DNA of 64,000 bases, from assembly GCA_964016885.1 (NCBI GenBank), contig OZ024750.1, forward strand, positions 22,196,001 to 22,260,000, in the 5' to 3' direction. The stretch's first letter is position 1; each line of letters starts with the position of its first letter. The stretch is from Eledone cirrhosa (taxonomy: Eukaryota). The notes under the pieces were generated by a model, which searched no databases, had not been told where the DNA came from, and was given only the letters and a program-made list of their open reading frames with translations. Positions 54,450 through 64,000 of this stretch are shown piece by piece. The position numbers and the translations under genes are program-made.

Positions 54450-54507
54450 ATACTATGATCATTTCAATGACCGGGTTCCGTATGAATCCGGTGATATCAT
54501 CAGGTAT
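54450..54507 (-). ncRNA. Type I hammerhead ribozyme
   Basis: AUAC-CUGAUGA-UAUC-ACCGGAUUC-AUACG-GAACCCGGU-CAUU-GAAA-UGAUCA-UA-GUAU; palindromic stem III AUGAUCAU. Confidence 0.82.
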
Positions 54508-54711
54508 TCGAAATATAATAAATGAATGTAACAGATAAAATCCATGGGGCTGAAAATCTTATTATTATAATATTTAACTCCGTACTCGCACCACCAACTA
54601 CACAAACGAAGACGGTTGAGCTGCTTTACGTTGAGTACTCTCCATATTATTACATCAAGATTGACCATACGGAATGACCAGCTCTATCCAGTGGTGAACC
54701 TTCAAACCTAA

Positions 54712-54775
<64 letters not shown>

Positions 54776-55796
54776 GAGAAGAGAAGTGTAGCAGTCCCAT
54801 GCTTATTGTTCATGTTTATTAACCATGTGCCTTATGGTCTCGACGAGAGCGGTTTCGTTATAGTTCTTCCTAATCAGAGCAGATCTGACGAAAAACAATA
54901 AGGTAAACAAACTGTAAATACAAAGTTTGAAAAAAATAACAATTTTGAAAATAGAATTTGGAGAGATTTTGTAATATAGCTAACTTTCTCATCGTAAAGT
55001 CGATGTTTGGAACATATCTTAACAAAGTTCTTACATAAACTTATGGTGAAAGGTTTTGAGATAAATATAAACACTTTAAAATAAACAGCTTTGTTTTGCA
55101 AAACTAGGGGCGGTTTCATGCTGTTTGGTATCATAAGGGTTATAACAAATTAATAGATTCGATTGAGTGTCACGTTAAATGCCTCGTTATTTGTTTTGAC
55201 TCTTCGTTTGATATGGCACAGCCCTTAACTAGTAAAGGAGATTTTAGGAGTGCTGTATTGGCCATTAAAACCTGGCAAAGCTTTCATTGCAATGAAAAAT
55301 AAAATGAAATGAAGTTTACAGCTGCATCTCATAGAATTTTCATCCCATAGAATGTTTCTTGGGTGTTTTAATGATGGGACTCAACTCCTATCATGAAAAG
55401 CAATGTGAAATGAAGTGTCTTGTCCAAGAACACAACGCATTGCCCGGTCCAGAGATCGAACCCCATGACTTTATGATCGTGTTTCCGACCTCATAACTAC
55501 TACGCCACAATTCTTACAAGCGGCTCTGTCCAATCTTTTCCATCTCTAAGGGTTTCAATGCCTAAGTTGTTCGACTATTTAATAGTCAAACCTGCGTTGT
55601 AGCAGCTTGCAATAAGCTAACATACTTTGAAAAATTTTATTTCATTTCATATCTTATTGAAATTAGGATGGTAATGATTGTCCGAGTCTATGGGCTCCAC
55701 AAATGTTTGGAAAATTGTATTAGAGCTCCACGACAAGTTTGGGAACCAGCGTTCTATATAGATCTAACCTCGCTCCATAAACTACCTGACATTATC

Positions 55797-56220
55797 ATGG
55801 ATTGGCAGTATTGGTAGAGGGTCGGACACCATACTTTGCAGCAAATAGTTACGGTCCTTTACGGTTTGAGTTCAAATCCCGCCGAGGTTAACTTTGCCTT
55901 TCATCCTTACGGGGTCATAAAATAATGTACCAGTAATGCACTGGGGAAATTGCTGGCCTTGTGCCAAAAGTAGAAACAAATTAACATTATTTACTTCACT
56001 TTTAATAATGTTTTTTTTTTATATAGGCACAAGGCCAGCAATTTTGGAGGAGGGGAAAGTCGATTAACTCGATCCCAATGCGTGACTGGTATTTTATTTT
56101 ATCAACCCCTTAAGGATGAAAGGCTAAGTTAACCTCGGCGGGATTTGAACTCAGATTATAAAGGGCCGTAACTCTATGCTGCAAAGTATGGCGCCCGACC
56201 CTACTTCACTTTTAATAATG
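55797..56220. mobile_element. Tail-to-tail pair of S1 SINEs; the minus copy has a 19-bp TSD
   Basis: TACTTCACTTTTAATAATG at 55992-56010 and 56202-56220. Confidence 0.85.
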
Positions 56221-57743
56221 ACAGTAACTATCTTCTTTTTTGAACTAAAATGAGCAGTGTGCCCAAAATATTATCATCTCATATTTTCGGCTTATTATCA
56301 TCCTCATATTTTAGTATTCTTAATAACATTGAAGATCTCATTGCAGTGAAATTGCATTGAAAAACATAACACATTCCTGGTTAATTCAGCAGAAACAGGA
56401 TTTACAATTGAAGTAGAAGAAACGTGTTTTGTTGATTCAGCAGCTTTTCAAAGAAATGCATGATTATAAGATCATTTTTTACTTAAACACGTCCTTGAAG
56501 AACTATTTAACTAATGCATCGCCATTCTTAAGTAATCCTTTCAGTACGAAATATATTCACATCAGTTTAAACTTGTTTAACGGTCTACTGAAAACTGAAA
56601 CGTCATTTTCTACAAATCAGGTGAATTTTATCTCATAATAAGGATTTCTTTATTGATGACCTGTTGAAAGCCGGATATACTGAAACGGGAAAATGTCGTT
56701 AGAACACTGTATTAAATGTCGTTAGATCACTGGATTAAATGCCGGGCAGTATGTGTTCAAATTCTCTGTACATTCTGAGTTCAAATCTCACCGAGATTAA
56801 TTTTGTCTTTCCTCCTTTCAGAGTTGATGAATAAAGTACAAGTCCACAGTGCTGGATTGACAGTATGGTTAAAGCGTCGGACTTGTATCTTTTCCGATTG
56901 TCTGCGCACTCTGAGTTCAAATACAGCCGAGGTTAATTTTACATTTCATCCCTTCAGAGTCTATAAATAAAATATCAGTCCAGGGTGGTCATAGATTGGC
57001 GGAATTGTTAGAACGTGGAAGTTGTGGTATCTTTTCCGTTTTTTTGTATTCTGATTTCAAACTCTGTTAAGTAACCTTTGCTTGTGCAACAAATGGGATA
57101 TCATCAATAACAGTTAATTATCGTAATTTTGTCACTATTTTTTTTAAAAATGTAAATATATTTAACGCTTTTGATACCAACCCGTCTGAAACTATTCATT
57201 TTATAACATGTTTGATAATAAACTGCATGAAATTGCCTCTGATTCTACGATATAAAATTGTATAAACAAGATTAGTTGACTTACGAAGCATTGGAAAATT
57301 TGAAATTTGAAACTGTTTGTTTTAAAATGCCTATATCAATCGATAAACCTCCCATCAAAATTTTTTGTAATCCAACAGCTTTTATTTTACTAAAACACTC
57401 TAAATTATTAATTATTTTCAATAAGGTTTAAAAATCATACGCAGTGTCTTTCGTTAAAAATATGTTAACGAAAGGGTTAAGGAAGTTAGGGCGGCGGACG
57501 AAATTCCTTACAGTATTTTTTTCTGCCTTTTATGTGTATTGACCAAAATTGTAAACATCGGTGAAAAAACTCGATAAATCCATACTTTCCAACAGAAAGA
57601 TCCTGTGAAGTTGAGCAGAAGCTCTCGCCATCATAAATTCTGTGAACAACAAAAAATACCATCTGGTTCGTTGAAAGTCTAAAACCAACGACGCCATTCT
57701 ATTAATAAAATAAAAGTAATAAAACATCGGTTTCGACTATAAG

Positions 57744-57989
57744 CAGAGGCATAACTAGGGAAAATAGGACCTATGGCAAGCAGTGATATTGCACCCTTTC
57801 CCAGCTCTGTATCTTTTGTTCTCACCCATGATAATCAGAGACAGATCATACATCTGAAGGAGTTTCTTTTTTTACTCTCCGATGGGGTTTATTTGACTTT
57901 AATAGAACGTGCTCTTAGTCCAAGTGACGCCCCCTTCATGTGGAGCCCATGGTATGTGCCATGCTTGTCATACCCTAGTTATACCTATG
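57744..57989. mobile_element. MITE with ~17-bp TIRs (hAT-like)
   Basis: CAGAGGCATAACTAGGG...CCCTAGTTATACCTATG; no TSD seen. Confidence 0.55.
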
Positions 57990-58450
57990 AGGATCAAGGG
58001 GATGACAAAAGGCCAGACGGTATGACCATCTTCCCGTTCCGCGGTGGCAAACCCCTCGTCTCGGATGCCACTTGCAGCGACACTTTCTCCAGCCGCAACC
58101 TGGTGCAGTCTGAGACTAACCCAGGTTCTGCTGCACGTCAGGCTGAGGAGGCCAAACTCTCCAAGTACCGGTCGCTCTCCGACAGGTTCGCGGTCGTGCC
58201 CTTGGCAGTGGAGACTTCTGGTGGCCTTGGCCCTAGGGCTACCTCCCTATTCACCACCATAGGCGCTGAGCTAGCCAGCCGCAGGTGTGAGCCTCGCGAG
58301 TTGGAATGGCCCTTCCAGCGCATCTCCCTTACCATCCTCCGGGGAAACGCCTTCTCCATCCTGTCCGCCGGGGCTGTGGGGAGGCCAGCACGTGGGACCC
58401 CATTTTCTCACCATACGGATTAATAGGCAAAGTCATAAACTATTGTAAAT
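57990..58450 (+). mobile_element. CRE-clade non-LTR retrotransposon 3' fragment (REL endonuclease)
   Basis: KRPDGMTIFP..DATCSDT..AARQAE..K..KY..PLAVETSG..QRISLTILRGNA. Confidence 0.85.
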
Positions 58451-59891
58451 AAACCTATTTAATCTTTATTTTTTTTTTTTTTAATCACACCATTAAAAAA
58501 AAAAAGTGTTCCATTGTTCAATCAACTGATCAAACTATTCATGAAATGAAAGTTCGTGACTAAACATTCCACAGGCACGTGTACACTTTACGTAATTCTT
58601 GGGGAGATTCGACATGACAGTGTGTGACAAAGCTGGCTCCTTTGAAATATAGCTGAGTGGACTAGAGCTATATGAAATAAAATGTCTTGCTCAAAAACAC
58701 AACGCACCACCGGGAACTGAATTCACGATTGTGAACCCAACATCCTAACTACTAAGCCAGGCACCTTCACATAGAATATATAAATAAAAGGGAAATGATT
58801 AAAAGCAGAAGATATCATCATTAATCAACATCGTGATTGTATCGTCTGCTTTTGAAGAAAATATACGTCAACTCTAATGGCGGTTTATGTATAAAAAAAA
58901 TTGCAAATGATACTCGTTCGGATGAAGCTGTATTTTTCCAATGTGTCTGTTTGGTTGTTTTGTTTTTTCGTTAACGCCATCTCTTGAGATTAAAGAATGA
59001 ATAATAAAGAAAAACATGAGACTTCGTGTTATAGAATATAATTTTACTCAATCAATCATTCCTGGTAAATTATATTTTGTCTTTGCTTGCTCCGAGCTGT
59101 TATATGTATAACAATAAAACATCAACTTCAAGGACATACATGCTTTACTGTAAATTTTGCAAATAAATGTATGTCCTACCGGCACTACCATTAAGGTCAA
59201 CTAGGCAGCCGCTCAGGACACAAACCTCATAGAGATGCATTACTGAATCTTAAATGATCTCAGTTTTGTGCCAATTTGTATAATTATCTTAAATACATAA
59301 TAATTTCCTGCAATCAATAAATTAATTGCTAAACAAATTTACCACGCTGCAGCGTTGTGGGAATATCCTAAGCGGTAGAAAGGATAATACGATATTATGG
59401 CCTGTAACAGGATTTGGTAAGTGAATCTGGACTATGTAGTAAAAAATGGAGCGCTCATTGTTGAATAAACACAAAGCGCTAAATACCCAAGCGCCAGCTC
59501 AGGAGTTCATCAAGCCCTAGTGCAGTAATGGGATTGAGTTAATCCTAGTTGGTTGTTTAAGCAATTGTCTCTACACTAATCTTACCATAACATTTATACC
59601 ACTTGGCTATGCCTGATATTATCATTAAGCTGGTTGGTAAATGAAAAATCATTCGCAACACGTTACAACTACGAGGTCTCATGTTAATCAGGCAGACTCT
59701 ATACGGTCACTTGACTTGCAATAAATAGCAGCCACAAACATCCTTCAAATCCCATTCTGTTGTTTTGAAAAGGGAATGACTACATGAGTTGGTCCAACCA
59801 CTTAAAAGACAGGTTTGTCACAAATGGAACGCTGGTCTGGGCTGTACAACAATCATTGTCTTACAGGTGTGTTTTCCACTCTCCCTCTCTC

Positions 59892-59986
<95 letters not shown>

Positions 59987-62599
59987 GGGGAGAGAGAGGG
60001 GGAGTGAGTGATATGCGCGCGCACACACACACAAACACATGCACTCACACACGCACACGCAGACACACATACACTACAAGAGGGAAAATCATAACTCCAA
60101 AGAAACATTTGACAAATAATTAACCCCCCCCCCCTTTCCCCAAAGGACCCCTTTCAATTATATTTATATCTATGTATTTTTATTTATTTCTCTTCGTTCT
60201 TTTATTCTTGTTTCTATCTGCAAACCCTAAAAATAACCTTGAACTCTTGACACAAAGGAACCCCACCTACACCTGCACTCTTACACATACACGCCACAAG
60301 ACAAAGGAACAAATCACAATTTTCCTAAAAACACCACACCAAAAACAATTCTTCACAATTGAAAAACATTTTTCCTCCAAACGTTATTTTATTATATTAA
60401 TATTATCCATTTTTTTATTCATATAATTTCCTTTGTATTTCCAATAGAACTTTCAATCGTTTTTATATCTACTTTTATCTATTTAGATTTTTTTTTTTTT
60501 TTTTTTTGATCTTGTATTTATCTGCAAAACCTGAAAATAACCTTAAACTCTTGACACATACACACCACTGAACAACAAAAAATACCATCTAGTTCTTTAT
60601 TCTGAATAGAAAAAGGAACTTTCTATTTAAATTAATAGAAGTTTCTAGTAAATCAATTGAATCTTGAACCGTTAATATATGATCTGGACTCTTTTAGAAT
60701 TTTCCATTCTATTGCAAGGGCCAGAGCTACGCGATATATTTATTGATCATAGAGATCAATATAGATTTAATTCAATTTAATCGTACAAATTTGTATAAAA
60801 CTTTAATACTTCATGGTTCAGTAATGCGCCTCTCTGAAGTCTGTACAGTAGGTGGCTGCCTAATTAACCTTAATGGTGGCATTGACCCTCTTTCTACCAC
60901 CACCTGCTACCTTGAACAACCAAGCTGCGAACCATCTTCGTCCATACCCACACCGTAAATCTACCACACCTCATTTCATTTCACTGTGTTAAACCTTCAA
61001 AATCCTCACACTAAAGACTTCGCATAATCCCGCTTCCTCCAAAACATCAACTTTCTGGCATTCTTTCCTTGACCATGTTATTTTCCAATACGTTTGTTCT
61101 GCAAATTTTTACTACACGACTTTCCTATATGTTTCTCTATACATTCTACTACACGTTTTGCAACACATTTTTGCATTACTTTCTCCTACACGTTTAACCT
61201 ACACATTTTTGCAACACATCTTTCTTTTTTATAAGTTTTTACTGCACATCTTTCTTAGACGTTTTGCAAACGCGTTATTGCTACATGTTTTCTTACACAT
61301 TTTGCTACATGTTTTTCTTACACATTTTGCTACATGTTTTTCTTACACATTTTTCTTAAACGTTTTTCCTACACATTTTTACTATATATTTTTCTTACAC
61401 GTTTTGCTGCACGTTTTGCTGCACGTTTTTTTTCTTACACGTTGTTCCTATGCATTTTATCTACATGTGTTTTTGTTACACGTGTTTTTCCTAGATTTTT
61501 TCCATGAATGAAAGGAATGTCCAACTCATCATTAACTACTTACATTATGCTTATAGTTGAGATATATTTACAATTCTATTAGCTTAATCGACATAATCTG
61601 TCGAAGAAAGCAACATCTGCCCATAAATATTTAAGGTACCGCCCAGATATTTAAATTTCACAAATTTGGGGAAAAATTAATTCTTTAAAAGTACAAACTC
61701 ACAAAAAGAGAAACATAATACAATAGTAATGGAAATGCTGTTGATAAAGTCACATCGCTTTAACCCTTTATTTCTTGTTAACCATTATTGACGCTTCTAA
61801 TACTATAGTCTTTTGGGGGATTCTTTACGTTTGAAGAAATGTATGTGTGTGTATCTATATGTGTATGTGTCTGGTGGTGGTCATGGTGGTGATGGTGGTA
61901 GTGTTGTTGATGGTCGTGGTGGTGGTGGTGGTGGTGGTGGTAGTGGTGATGGTAGTCATGGTGGTGATGGTGATGGTGGTGGTTTTGGTGGTCGTTGTGG
62001 TGGTCATGTTGGTCATGGTGATGTTGGTGATGTTGGTGATGATGGTGGTGATGGCGGTGATGGGGGGGATTCTTTACGTTTGAATAAATTCGGTACTTGA
62101 ATTTCCCGCTAACTCTCGGTGAGCGGGAGGGGGGGGGGGGGGGGGTTAGCCTGACACTGTGATAAAGTTGGCCCTTTGAATCACAGGTGCAACTCATATT
62201 TTCCAACTGAGTGGACGACTAGAGCAACGTGAAATAAAGTATCTTGCTAAAGAGTACGTCGAACAACCGGGAATCGAACTCATAACCTTATGATTGTGAG
62301 CCGAACTCCTTAACTTCCCCTATACCACACGACTTCACCCAGGTTCTATAGTATTGTCTATAGTATTTACAATACAGTTCTATATCATTATGTAGCATCT
62401 GTAGTATTTATAATTCAGCTGGAGTTTGCTTTTTTAATGTAGCTCATTTTATACTTATAACATTTTTAGATCACTGAGTTAATGGTGTCTTTTCCTCACA
62501 GTATAAGTGTTATTAATTAAATTTGTAATACCCTCTAGATTAAATATGTTAACACTAACTTAACTACTTATTATTTATTAGTATTAGCTTAGTATTGGT

Positions 62600-62687
62600 T
62601 TACATGTCTTCGCGCCTCATTTCCGTATAACTCTGTCCTACTAAATCTGACACTGAGCTAAGGTCATAGAAATTATGAGAGCCACAT
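62600..62687 (-). CDS. Possible terminal coding exon of an upstream gene
   Basis: Pyrimidine tract and AG, then CGSHNFYDLSSVSDLVGQSYTEMRREDM-stop; no partner exon in the window. Confidence 0.25.
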
Positions 62688-62727
62688 CTTAAATTGAGAA
62701 AGAAATTAAAAAAGAAACAAATAAGTA

Positions 62728-62767
<40 letters not shown>

Positions 62768-62980
62768 AGTGTTCTGCTTCACTGGATAGTACAAGTTTAT
62801 AGTTATTTATGTCGGTCGGTTGCATCAGAACAGGTCCCTGCTAAACTAAATATCCAAATATATTTCAGTCTCTTTCTCTCTCTCTATATATATATATACG
62901 TATATGTATATATATATAGAGAGAGGGGGGGGCTGACAATAAGAAGTCTGAATTGCAGCTTCTTATGAAACTTTATTGCA

Positions 62981-63025
62981 TATTACAACTGTTTCAATAT
63001 CGATCAACTCGGGTTTCATCAGGCG
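62981..63025 (-). ncRNA. Decayed hammerhead
   Basis: CUGAUGA-AA..CGA-GUUGA-UCG..UU-GAAA-CAGUUG-UA; stem I does not pair. Confidence 0.45.
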
Positions 63026-63132
63026 ATCGGATCCCGACTCTTAAACCTGAAGCACAGCCCCACGAGAGACGGACCCCCTAACAGCATCGAGTGCTTAAAC
63101 TTTAATCTGTTATTTATATATATATATACACA

Positions 63133-63980
<848 letters not shown>

Positions 63981-64000
63981 AAAAAAAAAATATATATATA

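Noticed and set aside
54835-54910. Hammerhead-like GAAAC..GUC in a decayed inverted repeat
   Set aside because: Core reads CUGAUUA and stems I and II do not form.
57773-57989. N-terminal part of the 216-aa ORF
   Set aside because: Lies within a MITE; only the part from ~57990 matches the CRE endonuclease.

Overview
Eukaryotic, AT-rich, microsatellite-saturated DNA; the SINE repertoire suggests an octopus or other coleoid cephalopod (inference). Nearly all ORF-track entries are microsatellite artefacts. Real content, all aligned and folded by eye: (1) a six-exon minus-strand gene (51453 to 32653, 429 aa) for a type I membrane protein: signal peptide, SUEL/Gal-lectin-like domain, CUB-like domain, TM helix, cytoplasmic tail; (2) an intact R4/Dong-clade non-LTR retrotransposon in a (TAA)n tract; (3) fragments of RTE, CRE, Tx1/L1, REL and Penelope retroelements, many tRNA-derived SINEs, MITEs and a non-autonomous Helitron; (4) the most striking signal: more than 15 short elements of many sequence-unrelated families, mostly in (TA)n. 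They are often built as fold-back palindromes and carry type I hammerhead ribozymes whose stem III is usually an 8-nt palindrome (six different ones). Many share a GAGTRCT motif near the 3' end. These look like a diverse radiation of Penelope-like pLTR or retrozyme-like elements. One hammerhead lies in sense orientation in the predicted 3' UTR of the lectin gene.
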